Of a DNA stretch of 64,000 bases, positions 34,632 to 45,205 are shown one piece after another. This DNA is from Myxococcota bacterium (lineage in GTDB: Bacteria; Myxococcota_A; SURF-8), in the NCBI GenBank assembly GCA_963674735.2, contig CAXXQS010000002.1, positions 640,001-704,000 on the forward strand, read 5' to 3'. The position numbers were made by a program, and so were the translations under genes. Every line of letters begins with the position of its first letter. Position 1 is the stretch's first letter. The notes beneath the pieces are model-generated. The model searched no databases. It was not told the DNA's origin and was given only the letters and a program-made list of their open reading frames with translations.

Positions 34632-35780
34632 CTATTGAATCACCGATAAAAAGTATCCCGCCACGACGGCCGATCCGATTACACCCGCGACGTTCGGCCC
34701 CATGGCGTGCATCAAGATGAAATTGTTGGGATCTTCTTTGGAAGCCATTTCCTGCGATACTCGCGCCGCCATCGGCACCGCCGACACCCCGGCCGATCCG
34801 ACCAGCGGGTTGATTTTGTTTTTAGAAAACAGATTGAATAGTTTGACAAGCAAAATCCCCCCCGCCGAACCGCAGGAAAAAGCAACCAGACCCAAGAGCA
34901 GAATCTTAAGCGTGGCCAGGTTCAAAATATTCTCGGCTCGCAGGGTGATTCCGATACAAAGCATCAGGAAAATAGTGACCAAATTCAGAAGTTCGTTCTG
35001 AGCCGTTTTGTTCAATCGTTCCACCACTCCCGACTCGCGGAAGATATTGCCGATCATGAACATGGAAACCAGCGGAGCCGTCATGGGAATCAGAAGAATA
35101 ATCACGATCATGAGCAAGAGCGGGAACAGGATTTTAGCGGCTTTGTTCACCTGCTTGGGCGGCTCCATGCGGATCAGGCGCTCCTTGCGCGTGGTCAGCA
35201 AGCGGGCGATCGGCGGCTGGATAACCGGCACCAATCCCATATAACTATACGCAGTTACAGCCGTGATTCCCAACAAATGCGGAGCCATACGCGCCGAAAC
35301 AAAGATCGTCGTCGGTCCGTCGGCCCCACCGATGATGCCGATCGCGCAGGCTTCGCGCAGATCGAATCCCAGCAAAATCGCACCCATGAAAGCCACAAAA
35401 ATTCCAACCTGGGCGGCCGCTCCCAGAATGATCAGGCGGGGATTGGCCATGAGCGGACCGAAATCGGTCAGAGCACCCAGCCCGAGAAAAATCAGCGGCG
35501 GCAGAATATTGTTCAGATACAAGGTGTAATGGAAAAGCAAACCTAGCACACCCGAGGCCTGCATTTGATCGGACACCATACCCACCTGATGGCCCGGCAG
35601 ATTGATCAGGACAGCCCCCAACCCAATAGGCAGCAATTCGTAGGGCTCGTAATGCTTCACCACAGCCAGGTAAATGAAGATCAACCCCACCCCGATCATC
35701 ATCACATGTCCGAGGGTAAGATGGTAGACACCCGTCTCCACGACAAACATCTGTAACATATCGGCGAATCTGTCGAACAT
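34632..35780 (-). CDS. Na+-translocating decarboxylase beta subunit (OadB/GcdB/MmdB family)
   Basis: GALTDFGP, IGIIGGADGPT, AYSYM, GSAGVSAVPMAARV and HAMGPNVAGVIGSAV motifs. Confidence 0.92.
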   Translation of the reverse strand: MFDRFADMLQMFVVETGVYHLTLGHVMMIGVGLIFIYLAVVKHYEPYELLPIGLGAVLINLPGHQVGMVSDQMQASGVLGLLFHYTLYLNNILPPLIFLGLGALTDFGPLMANPRLIILGAAAQVGIFVAFMGAILLGFDLREACAIGIIGGADGPTTIFVSARMAPHLLGITAVTAYSYMGLVPVIQPPIARLLTTRKERLIRMEPPKQVNKAAKILFPLLLMIVIILLIPMTAPLVSMFMIGNIFRESGVVERLNKTAQNELLNLVTIFLMLCIGITLRAENILNLATLKILLLGLVAFSCGSAGGILLVKLFNLFSKNKINPLVGSAGVSAVPMAARVSQEMASKEDPNNFILMHAMGPNVAGVIGSAVVAGYFLSVIQ

Positions 35781-35936
35781 TCGATACCGCTTCCTGTCCG
35801 CGCGGCGGACGCCTGGCCGTTTTCCGCAACTGCGCCCGTCAACAGACAACCGGATCGGGCGCATAACCGCATGCCTTGAATGCAACATGAATACGCTGGC
35901 AAAGGAATTTTGTCAACTGTGTGCCGCCCTGAATAC

Positions 35937-35969
35937 AAAAAAACGGCCGACTCAAAAGCAGTCGGCCGT
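35937..35969 (-). terminator. Terminator after the giant Cys-rich gene
   Basis: The minus strand reads ACGGCCGACT-N7-AGTCGGCCGT followed by a T-tract. Confidence 0.75.
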
Positions 35970-35994
35970 CACGTCACCGGTGATAGCACAGCCT

Positions 35995-38900
35995 TCAGGG
36001 AGCGCAGGTGCCGTTGTCGACGTTCGTGCATCCGCTCACGGCGTCGCAGGCGTCGTCGGTGCACACATCATCATCATCGCAACGATCGTGGCGCAAAATG
36101 AGCTGACAGCCCGTTTCCTCGTCGCAGGTATTTTCCGTACAGACGACCCCATCATCGCATAGGAAATCCTGCGGGACCGCGATGCAATCGCCACTTGACG
36201 GATCGCAAAGGTCGTCGGTGCAATCGATCTCGTCATCGCACACCACGGGTTCGCCCGCCTGACAACCGCTTCCGACCACACAGTTTTCCAAGCCGTTACA
36301 GGCATTCCCATCATCGCAGCTCAGATCGTCGGGCGTATTGACGCACAAGTGGCTCTCGGAATCGCAGGTGTCGACCGTACAGACGATCTTATCGTTGCAT
36401 TGACCGGCTGTCGTGCAATACGGAATACAAGCCCCGTCGATGCAGGCTTCGGGCACATTCGGGATAAGATCACAGGCACTCTCATCCGGCGCGTTCTGCC
36501 GGGTACAACCCGTCCCGACTGCACACGTATCGATCGTACACGGATTCCCGTCCTCACAATCCAATTCAAGCGCACCTTCCTCGCACATGCCATCGACACA
36601 GACATCGCCCACCGTACAGACATTCTCATCGTCGCAGGGCAAGCCATTGACCTTGATGCCCGTGCAGCCGGATTCGGCCAAACAGACGTCCACCGTGCAC
36701 GGGTCCGCATCGTCGCAAACGATGGTTTCGGTAACCGTGCAGACCCCATCGAGACATTGGGCGGCAGCGGCACAGAGATTGTCGCTTTCGCAAGCGATTC
36801 CCGTCAACGGTGTCAAGACGCAGCGGCCGGTCGGATCGCAGGCGGCAGCCATGCAGGGGTTGTCGCTTTCGCACAAGCGCGGATCCCCGGCACACACGCC
36901 GGCTTGGCAACGATCGTCGGACGAACAGGGATCGCCATCATCGCAAGCCGTTCCGGTCAGGGGCTCGTGCAGACAGCTTTCTTCAGCCGTACAGGAGTCG
37001 GCTGTGCAGGGGTTGAAGTCGTTGCAGTCGACAGCCCCGCTCCCGACACAGAAACCGGCCATGCAGACACTCTGGGCGGTACAAGGATCGCCATCATCGC
37101 AGGCATCGCCGGTTTGTTTTTCGTTGACGCAGCCATAAGGCGGCCAGCAGATATCGGTGGTGCAGACGTTGTCATCGTTGCAGGTTTCGTGCATCGGATC
37201 GTGAACGCAAGCATCCGTCCCGACATCACAGCGGTCGACCGTGCAAGCTAACCCGTCGTCACAGTCCGGCGGGTCGATATAAACGCATCCCTGTGCCGTA
37301 CAACTGGCCGGACCCTCACAGAAGTTGCCGTCGGGACACTGCAACGAATGTTGACAGACGCCTTCTTCACAGGTGTCTTCCGTACAAGTCAACCCGTCGT
37401 CACAGTCGCCGGGCACCTGACATTCGCGCACGCAGATTCCGTCGGCACAAACACCCGGACCGACTTCCGCAATTTCGCAGGATGTGCCGTCTTCGGCATG
37501 ACCGTACTGACAGCCGCTGGTCGAACTGCAACCCGTTTCAACGGTGCAGGGATCGTCGTCATCGCAATCGATGGTTGTGCCACCGCAGAAGATACCCGCG
37601 CACACATCACCGGTGGTGCAGGCGTTGTTGTCATTGCAACTTTCGCCGTTGCGTGAATTGTGCTGGCAGGGCTGCTGCGGATCGCCGAAGGGGTTGCAGA
37701 GGTCTTCGGTGCAGGGATTCTGGTCGTTGCAATCCACCGGCACCGTGATTTCGCAAGTCCCGTTGACGCAACTTCCTTCATAAGCACAGATGTCATCCTC
37801 AGCGCAATTCCCCGCGTTGTTGCGGAAGTGACTGAAACAACCGATGGCCGGGTGGCAGCCGTTCCATAAGCAAGGCGTTTCTTCGCCGCAATCGATCGGA
37901 TCGCCCGGAATGCAGATCCCGTTTGCGCACAAACCTTCAGGCGCGCAAAGATCGCCGGTCGCACAAAGTTCATCATTCAGGAAATGCCGCACGCAACCGG
38001 CATCCGGATCGCAGGTCACGTCGGAACAAGGATTGCCGTCGTCGCAGAGCTGATCGTTGGGAGTGAAGAGACATTGGCGGCTCTCTTCATCGCAGCGATC
38101 TTCGGTGCAGGGCACGCCGTCGTTGCAATCGATGGGACGGCCCGCCTGGCAGCCGAAAGCCAGGTGACAGGTTTCCACGCCGTTGCAATACGCCCCGTCG
38201 TCACACAAGGCATTGTCGGCCAGATACCGGCACCGACCCCAGATGGGGTCGCAGACGTCCACGGTGCAGGCTACGCCATCGTCGCAGTCCGCATCGAGCA
38301 GACAGGCTCCGGCACACTGGCCGCTGATGCACACGCCATCGTTGTCGCAGGCCGCGCCATCGGAAACCGGCGTATTCAAGCATCCCCACAATGGGCTGCA
38401 CTCATCCGGGTCCGTACAAGGATTATCGTCGTTGCAATCGCGCGCGACACCGCCGCAGACTCCTTCCGTACAGGTATCGTTCACGCTGCAGGGATCGCCG
38501 TCATCGCAGGCCAGGCCGCTTAGAAGAGTCGATTCGCAGCCGGTCGACGGATTGCAAACATCGGCGGTACAAAATTCGCCGTCGTCGCAGGCAAGATTTT
38601 CCGCATCGTGGACGCAACCGCCTTGTCCCTCGTCGCAACGGTCGCGGGTGCAGGCAATTCCGTCGTCACAGTCGACTTCTTGATCGGAGATACACCCGAC
38701 GAAGGGCGCACAGATTTCGGATCCGGTGCACACCAAGCCATCATCGCAAGCCCCATGATCGGGGACATATTCACAGCGCCCAGTGGCTGAATTGCAGGTT
38801 TCGGCACTGCAGGCCACTCCATCGTCACAATCGGAGTCGACTTGGCAGTTGCGTAAAACACAGAATCCAGCCTGACACACACTTTCCAAACCGATACCCC

Positions 38901-41900
38901 AGAGATTACAGCTGCCGCCGTCGGCGACCGGCGTGTGGGTACAGCCACCGGCTTCGCTACAGCCATCGTTCGTGCAGGGGTTGTGGTCATCGCAGTCCAG
39001 CGCCCATCCGGAACGGCAGGCTCCGGTCGCGCAGGCTTCCCCGACCGTGCAGCGCAATCCATCATCGCAGGGACCGGCCAAATCGGAGACCAAGCACTGG
39101 CCATCGTCACAGGAAGCGCGGCGACAGACATTGGTCGTCGAACAGGCGGCCGGGTTGTCTTGATAGTAACAACCGATCAGCGGATGGCAGAAATCGGAGG
39201 TGCAAACGCTTCCGTCGGTGCAGTCCAGTTCCTCACCGACACAGTCGCCTTGGGCATCGCAGGCATCGTCGGTGGTGCACAGATTGCCATCATCGCAGAC
39301 GTTGAAATTGGGTTCGCTTTCACAACCCGCTTCCGTGCAGACTTCGTCGGTGCAGGGATTGCCGTCTTCGCATTCGGCGTCCAGATAGTCGATTTCGCAA
39401 TCGCCGGTCGACTCATTGCAATAATTGTGCGTACAGGCGATCGCGTCCTCACACACAACCGCCTCGCCCGCGAGACAGCCCTGAACCGGATCGCAGGTTT
39501 CGACACCGTTGCAAAGCAGGCCGTCGTCGCACAATTCATCCGCATCCCGATGTTCACAAGTCAATGTGACGGGATTGCAGAAATCCACCGTACAGCCCAC
39601 GCCATCGTCACAGTCACCGTCGCCCAGGCAGCTGGCCACGCAGACACCGGCGAGGCACAAACGCGGCAGACCGCCGGGATCGCCGCAGGCCGTGTAATCC
39701 GCCAAAGCGGTAAACACGCAACCGCTAGCCGTGCAGGCACCGGCGGTGCAGGGATTGCCGTCGTCGCAATCGAACGGCGTTCCCACGCAGCGACCGCTCA
39801 CGCAGGTATCCCCGACCGTGCAAGGATCGGCATCGTTACAGGCGCCTTCCACATTCACATACGCACAGTCGTTTTCGGTGCAATAGCCCGCACGACAGAC
39901 AGTCGCGCTGACACAGGCGCCGTCGTCGGGAGTATGAGTGCAGTCTTGAAGCTCGTTATCGCATTCGTCGAGCGTACAGTTCGTTTCATCGTCGCAATCG
40001 ATCGGCTCTCCATCGAGACAACCGAGCGTGGGGTGACAGCTTTCTTCGCCGTCGCACCAATTGGTATCGAAACAGCGGTCATCGACGGCCGTGTGCACGC
40101 AGCGGCCGATGGCCGTGTTGCAAGTATCCTCGGTGCAATCGATTTCGTCATCGCAGTCGTTGTCGTTATTGCATTTGGCGGCGCAATAACCATCCAGACA
40201 CACCATCGGCCCCAGCAGGTTATTTCCGCAACCGGTGTTATCCTCGGCGAGAACGTAGGTACATCCCTCCAAGGTGCAAAGATCTTCTATCGTGCAGGGA
40301 TTGTTATCCTCGCAACGCTCATGAATCGGTGTGAACTCGCAACCGAAAAGATCGTCGGCGCAATGATCCTGGGTACAGGCCACTCCGTCGTCGCAGGAAA
40401 TATCGCCGTTTGAAACACAGCCCTCTTCTTCCGTGCAGATTTCGTCGCCCGTACAGGTCTGGCCGTCATCGCAATCGCGCGGTTCTCCCACGCAAACGCC
40501 CTCGATACAGATGTCGGGATCGGTACAGAACTGGCCGTCGTCGCAAGATCCGCTCGCATATTCAGATACGCAGCCGACACCCGCCACGCAGCGCTCGTAC
40601 GTACAGGGATTGCCGTCTTCACAGACAAGCCGCACACCGCTCGCCCCACAGACGCCTCCGCTGCACCGATCCAGCAAGGTACAGGGATCGCCATCGTCGC
40701 ACGATCCCTCGACCGGCAAAAACACACAGCCTTCACCTGCACGGCAGACATCGGCCGTGCATAGGTTGAAGTCGTCACACAGCAGATCGCGGCTTTCATG
40801 CACGCAGCGATCGTTCAATTCATCACAGGCATCAGCCGTACAGTTGAACGGATCGGCGCAGTCGATCGGGTCGCCGTTGCGACAACCGAAAAGGACATCG
40901 CAAATTTCCACGCCGTTGCACCACTGGCCGTCGTCGCAGATATCGGATCGCGACTCATGCCGACAGTAACCGCTGGACTCGTCGCAGTAGTCGTAGGTGC
41001 AATCGATGAAGTCGCGGCAATCGGCATCGGTATCGCAGGGCGCAACACACTGGCCGTCGAGACAGATTTCGGTGATCCCCGGAATCAGGTCGCAGGGTGA
41101 GTTATCGGCCACCGCCTGATGGGAACACCCTTGCCCCGGCACACATTCATCGGGGCTGGTGCAGGGATTGTTATCTTCGCAGGCCAGATCGTTGGGGGTA
41201 TGGACGCATTCGGCGCGGTTTGTCCCTTCCTGACAGCTATCCACCGTACAGGCGATCCCGTCGTTGCAACCGACGGGATAAGGCGACGACACACCGCTTT
41301 CCGGGTCGCAAACCTCCGGACCGTTGCAGAATAGGCCGTCGCTGGGATCGGCCAAACTGCCGCGGCACGAACCGCTCGAACAGCTATCGCCGCCGGTGCA
41401 GGGATTGCCGTCATCGCAGGCTTCGTTTTTGGCCGGGTAGATACACCCGCGCACGGCATCGCATTCGTTGCGCGTACAGGCGTTTCCGTCATCGCATACG
41501 CGCGTATCCCCCACACACTCACCGGCTTCACAACGGTCGTTCTCGGTGCAAGCATCGCGGTCGTTGCAAACTCCCTCGATGGGAGTGTGCGCACAGCCGG
41601 TTTGCGGATCGCAGGTATCGGCGGTACAAGGCTTGCCGTCGTCGCAATCGTCGACCGCTCCGACGCATTGCCCGCGAACGCAACGATCGGCCTGCGTGCA
41701 AGGATCTTCATCGTTGCAGTCGGCCGTGTTGAACGGATAGAAGCAACCCCGGATTTCGCTGCAATCTTCGTCGGTGCACACCTGGCCATCGTCGCAGGGA
41801 CGCACATCTTTCGGGTTTTGGCAGCCGATTCCCGGCGTGCAGCGGTTTTGCGTGCAGAATTTTCCATCGTCGCAGTCGTCGGCATTTTCGACGTCGTCGC

Positions 41901-43104
41901 CCTCGGCCACGCAATCGACATAAGCCCCATCGCGACAAAACGACGTTTCGGGCGCGCAAAGCGCCCACACACAATAGCCGCGCTCACAAAAACGTCCCCC
42001 CTCGCAGGCCGCCTCTTCGTCCCAGGCCAACCCATCGGCATCACAAAGTTCCGGAACCCCATCCGTACAGCGCCGTAGGCCGGGCAGACAGATTTCGACG
42101 CAGATGCCATCGGCATCCATCCAGCCTTCGGGGCACTCTTCCGCTCCGCGACCGCTTATCGCGATCACCCGTTCGGGAGCGGCCGGATCGTCGCTTTCCA
42201 CGACCAACCAACCAACCACCGGCCCGGTCTCACTGGGAGCGAAAGCCACTTCCACCACCGCGCCCTCGCTGGGCAGGTATTCACCGGACTCGAAGTCGTC
42301 ACTCAGGCTGAAGGCGGAATCGGAGTCGTCATGCAGCGATACCGCATTCAGATTGAGAACCGCATTACCCGCATTCCCGATGGCCACCGGCAACCAAGCC
42401 GTTTGACCCGGCTCGACGAATCCGAAGTTGAGCGGCATGGGATCGGCGTAAAGGACCGGCAACCCGACACCGCAGTTGACATCGATGCGCAAATCGAGGA
42501 TTCCCCCCTCGGCGTCGTGACCCACCACCCGCAAACCGCCATCATGACGACCGGCATTCTGGGGCTCGCAGATCAGACCGCAAGACACCTCGTCACCCGG
42601 TTCCAAGACGAACGGCGGACTGCAATCGGCAGCCAAACGCAGCGCCGAACTCGACGAGGCCAGCCATTCAACGGAGGTAATGGTGACATCGGGGGAATCC
42701 GTGTCTGAGATGTTTTCGATGGTGACATCAAGATCGGAAATCTGACGGATGGGTACCAATCCAAAATCGATGGGATCCGGAGTTATCACCAACTCGGCGT
42801 CGGACAGCTCACCGTCTATTTCATCGGTATCGGTGTCGCCATCGGCGTCCGGCTCTTGATCGACATCCACATCGCCGTCGTCGCCATCGACAGGTGCGTC
42901 GTCCACATCACCATCGTCGCCATCGACAGGGGCGTCGTCTACATCGCCATCGTCGCCATCCGTATCATCGCCATCGGAGTCGACGCCATCGCCATCGCTG
43001 GTATCACCATCGACGTCATCGCCGCCGCCACCGCAGGCGAAAACCAAGAGGGCCAGCAAAAAGGCCATACCGACCAGAATCGGCCACGTCGATCGACGTC
43101 GCAT
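35995..43104 (-). CDS. Giant (~2370 aa) Cys-rich repeat lipoprotein with DGD stalk and two Ig-like (choice-of-anchor D/ASPM-like) domains
   Basis: RBS GAGGAGG, lipobox VFA-C, and a DGD stalk. Ig units start PDPIDFG and PMPLNFG. About 2000 aa of CDDGxxCTxDxC repeats follow. Confidence 0.88.
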   Translation of the reverse strand: MRRRSTWPILVGMAFLLALLVFACGGGGDDVDGDTSDGDGVDSDGDDTDGDDGDVDDAPVDGDDGDVDDAPVDGDDGDVDVDQEPDADGDTDTDEIDGELSDAELVITPDPIDFGLVPIRQISDLDVTIENISDTDSPDVTITSVEWLASSSSALRLAADCSPPFVLEPGDEVSCGLICEPQNAGRHDGGLRVVGHDAEGGILDLRIDVNCGVGLPVLYADPMPLNFGFVEPGQTAWLPVAIGNAGNAVLNLNAVSLHDDSDSAFSLSDDFESGEYLPSEGAVVEVAFAPSETGPVVGWLVVESDDPAAPERVIAISGRGAEECPEGWMDADGICVEICLPGLRRCTDGVPELCDADGLAWDEEAACEGGRFCERGYCVWALCAPETSFCRDGAYVDCVAEGDDVENADDCDDGKFCTQNRCTPGIGCQNPKDVRPCDDGQVCTDEDCSEIRGCFYPFNTADCNDEDPCTQADRCVRGQCVGAVDDCDDGKPCTADTCDPQTGCAHTPIEGVCNDRDACTENDRCEAGECVGDTRVCDDGNACTRNECDAVRGCIYPAKNEACDDGNPCTGGDSCSSGSCRGSLADPSDGLFCNGPEVCDPESGVSSPYPVGCNDGIACTVDSCQEGTNRAECVHTPNDLACEDNNPCTSPDECVPGQGCSHQAVADNSPCDLIPGITEICLDGQCVAPCDTDADCRDFIDCTYDYCDESSGYCRHESRSDICDDGQWCNGVEICDVLFGCRNGDPIDCADPFNCTADACDELNDRCVHESRDLLCDDFNLCTADVCRAGEGCVFLPVEGSCDDGDPCTLLDRCSGGVCGASGVRLVCEDGNPCTYERCVAGVGCVSEYASGSCDDGQFCTDPDICIEGVCVGEPRDCDDGQTCTGDEICTEEEGCVSNGDISCDDGVACTQDHCADDLFGCEFTPIHERCEDNNPCTIEDLCTLEGCTYVLAEDNTGCGNNLLGPMVCLDGYCAAKCNNDNDCDDEIDCTEDTCNTAIGRCVHTAVDDRCFDTNWCDGEESCHPTLGCLDGEPIDCDDETNCTLDECDNELQDCTHTPDDGACVSATVCRAGYCTENDCAYVNVEGACNDADPCTVGDTCVSGRCVGTPFDCDDGNPCTAGACTASGCVFTALADYTACGDPGGLPRLCLAGVCVASCLGDGDCDDGVGCTVDFCNPVTLTCEHRDADELCDDGLLCNGVETCDPVQGCLAGEAVVCEDAIACTHNYCNESTGDCEIDYLDAECEDGNPCTDEVCTEAGCESEPNFNVCDDGNLCTTDDACDAQGDCVGEELDCTDGSVCTSDFCHPLIGCYYQDNPAACSTTNVCRRASCDDGQCLVSDLAGPCDDGLRCTVGEACATGACRSGWALDCDDHNPCTNDGCSEAGGCTHTPVADGGSCNLWGIGLESVCQAGFCVLRNCQVDSDCDDGVACSAETCNSATGRCEYVPDHGACDDGLVCTGSEICAPFVGCISDQEVDCDDGIACTRDRCDEGQGGCVHDAENLACDDGEFCTADVCNPSTGCESTLLSGLACDDGDPCSVNDTCTEGVCGGVARDCNDDNPCTDPDECSPLWGCLNTPVSDGAACDNDGVCISGQCAGACLLDADCDDGVACTVDVCDPIWGRCRYLADNALCDDGAYCNGVETCHLAFGCQAGRPIDCNDGVPCTEDRCDEESRQCLFTPNDQLCDDGNPCSDVTCDPDAGCVRHFLNDELCATGDLCAPEGLCANGICIPGDPIDCGEETPCLWNGCHPAIGCFSHFRNNAGNCAEDDICAYEGSCVNGTCEITVPVDCNDQNPCTEDLCNPFGDPQQPCQHNSRNGESCNDNNACTTGDVCAGIFCGGTTIDCDDDDPCTVETGCSSTSGCQYGHAEDGTSCEIAEVGPGVCADGICVRECQVPGDCDDGLTCTEDTCEEGVCQHSLQCPDGNFCEGPASCTAQGCVYIDPPDCDDGLACTVDRCDVGTDACVHDPMHETCNDDNVCTTDICWPPYGCVNEKQTGDACDDGDPCTAQSVCMAGFCVGSGAVDCNDFNPCTADSCTAEESCLHEPLTGTACDDGDPCSSDDRCQAGVCAGDPRLCESDNPCMAAACDPTGRCVLTPLTGIACESDNLCAAAAQCLDGVCTVTETIVCDDADPCTVDVCLAESGCTGIKVNGLPCDDENVCTVGDVCVDGMCEEGALELDCEDGNPCTIDTCAVGTGCTRQNAPDESACDLIPNVPEACIDGACIPYCTTAGQCNDKIVCTVDTCDSESHLCVNTPDDLSCDDGNACNGLENCVVGSGCQAGEPVVCDDEIDCTDDLCDPSSGDCIAVPQDFLCDDGVVCTENTCDEETGCQLILRHDRCDDDDVCTDDACDAVSGCTNVDNGTCAP

Positions 43105-43302
43105 CACAACCTCCTCATCGTCCGGCTTTGAAACCGAACCTGCGTAAAACAAAAGGGCTCGCCTACCCATTGCGGGTATTTGACGGCCCATCGTTTCCAA
43201 TCCATCGAACCGCACCGCTTGCGGGCGCAGATGCCTTGTCGCTGACTTGTCTTTTCATCTTGCCCGTATCTTCACCGAAATGCAAACGGATTATACCGTA
43301 AG

Positions 43303-45132
43303 TCACTCAACCGTAACGGATTTCGCCAAGTTACGCGGCTGATCGATATCGGTCCCCTTGAAATCGGCGACATAATAGGCTAAAAGCTGCAATGGAATCA
43401 CCGTCAACAGCGGTTCCAGTTCTTCTTCAACCAATGGGATGGTCACCACGTCGCGCACGCGGTTTTGAATTTCTTCATCGCCCTCGCTGGCCAGGGCGAT
43501 AATGGTGGCTCGGCGCGCTTGAGCTTCTTCCATATTCGATAAAATCTTATCGTGGATGCGGTTGCGCGTCACAATCGCCACAACCGGAAGCTTTTCGTCG
43601 ATCAAGGCGATGGGTCCATGTTTCATTTCGCCAGCCGGGTAGCCCTCGGCGTGGATGTAGGAAATCTCTTTGAGTTTCAGCGCCCCTTCCAGGGCGATGG
43701 GGTAGTTGATCCAACGGCCGATGTAGAGGAAATCCGACACCTGGTGATAACGTTCGGCAATGATCTTGACCTGTTCTTCGTTTTTCAGGATATCTTCGAT
43801 CAGAGCTGGAATTCGGATCAATTCCAACAGTTTATGTGCGGCCTTGCGGGAATCCAATTGTTCCCGCACGCGGGCGCAGTAGATCGCGAACAGGTACAAA
43901 ACGGCCAACTGAGTCACGAAAGCCTTCGTGCTGGCCACCCCCACTTCCGGTCCGGCGTGGGTATAAATCACGTAATCGGACATTCGTGGGATGGACGACT
44001 CGACCACGTTGCATATCGAGAGGATACGCGCCCCGTTCTCCTTGGCGATTTGCATGGCCGCCAACGTATCGGCCGTCTCACCCGACTGACTGATGGCCAC
44101 CACCAACACCCGCTCATTGATAATCGGGTTGCGATAACGAAACTCGGAAGCCAGATCGATCTCGACCGCAATGCGCGCCTGACGCTCGATCCAGAACTTG
44201 CCCACCAGCGCCGCATGCCAACTCGTTCCGCAGGCCACGATCACGATGCGTTCGAGGCCGTCGAGATAATCCTTTTCAAGCTCGAAACCATCCAGGCTCA
44301 CCTCGCCGCGTTCAAGCGAGATCCGCCCACGCAAGGTGTCGGCAATGGCGCGCGGCTGCTCGTGGATCTCCTTGAGCATGAAATGCTTGTAGCCGCCCTT
44401 CTCCGCCATGGCGGGTGACCAATCGATGCGCTTGACCGGCCGCTCCACCAGACTGCCATCGAGCCGCATCACCTGGACGTCCGCACCCGTCAGCACCGCC
44501 AGATCGCCGTCATCGAGGAAAATCATATTCCGCGTGTGATTCAGAATGGCCGGAACATCGGAGGCCACGAAACCGGCTTGTTCGCCAAGCCCCAGCACCA
44601 GTGGCGACATATGGCGCGCCACCACGATTTTGTCCGGCTCGGTTTCGGATACGACCGCAATCGCATAGGAGCCCTCCACGGATGAAAGAGCCCCGCGCAC
44701 CGCCGTGGTCAGGTCCGCACCGCGATCCAATTCGCGATGGATCAAATGGCTGATGATTTCGGTATCGGTTTCCGACTGGAAGCGTCGACCTTCGGCGGTC
44801 AATTCCTGACGCAATGTCAGGTGATTTTCGATGATGCCGTTATGCACCACGACCACCGGTCCGGCCTTGTGCGGATGAGCATTTTGCTCAGATGGCGCGC
44901 CATGGGTGGCCCAGCGCGTGTGACCGATGCCCAGCGATCCCGGCAGCGGTCGCTCGGAAAGGGCGGCTTCCAGATTGGTCAACTTGCCTTCGGCACGCAG
45001 AATGTCGATCTGCGTTCCATTGTAAACGGCTAGGCCAGCCGAGTCATAGCCGCGATATTCCAGATGTTTCAGGCCATCGATCAGGATCGGCGTGCACTCT
45101 TCCTGTCCGACATAGCCGACGATTCCACACAT
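43303..45132 (-). CDS. glmS: Glutamine--fructose-6-phosphate aminotransferase
   Basis: MCGIVG, EYRGYDSAG, GHTRWATHG, SQSGETADT and PRNLAKSVTVE motifs. Confidence 0.98.
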   Translation of the reverse strand: MCGIVGYVGQEECTPILIDGLKHLEYRGYDSAGLAVYNGTQIDILRAEGKLTNLEAALSERPLPGSLGIGHTRWATHGAPSEQNAHPHKAGPVVVVHNGIIENHLTLRQELTAEGRRFQSETDTEIISHLIHRELDRGADLTTAVRGALSSVEGSYAIAVVSETEPDKIVVARHMSPLVLGLGEQAGFVASDVPAILNHTRNMIFLDDGDLAVLTGADVQVMRLDGSLVERPVKRIDWSPAMAEKGGYKHFMLKEIHEQPRAIADTLRGRISLERGEVSLDGFELEKDYLDGLERIVIVACGTSWHAALVGKFWIERQARIAVEIDLASEFRYRNPIINERVLVVAISQSGETADTLAAMQIAKENGARILSICNVVESSIPRMSDYVIYTHAGPEVGVASTKAFVTQLAVLYLFAIYCARVREQLDSRKAAHKLLELIRIPALIEDILKNEEQVKIIAERYHQVSDFLYIGRWINYPIALEGALKLKEISYIHAEGYPAGEMKHGPIALIDEKLPVVAIVTRNRIHDKILSNMEEAQARRATIIALASEGDEEIQNRVRDVVTIPLVEEELEPLLTVIPLQLLAYYVADFKGTDIDQPRNLAKSVTVE

Positions 45133-45205
45133 GCTGCCCTCCTCTCCGGTCTCTTAGCGACGTCCTTGATATGATAAGTGCCGCCGAGCCCGCCCGAGGC
45201 TGTTA

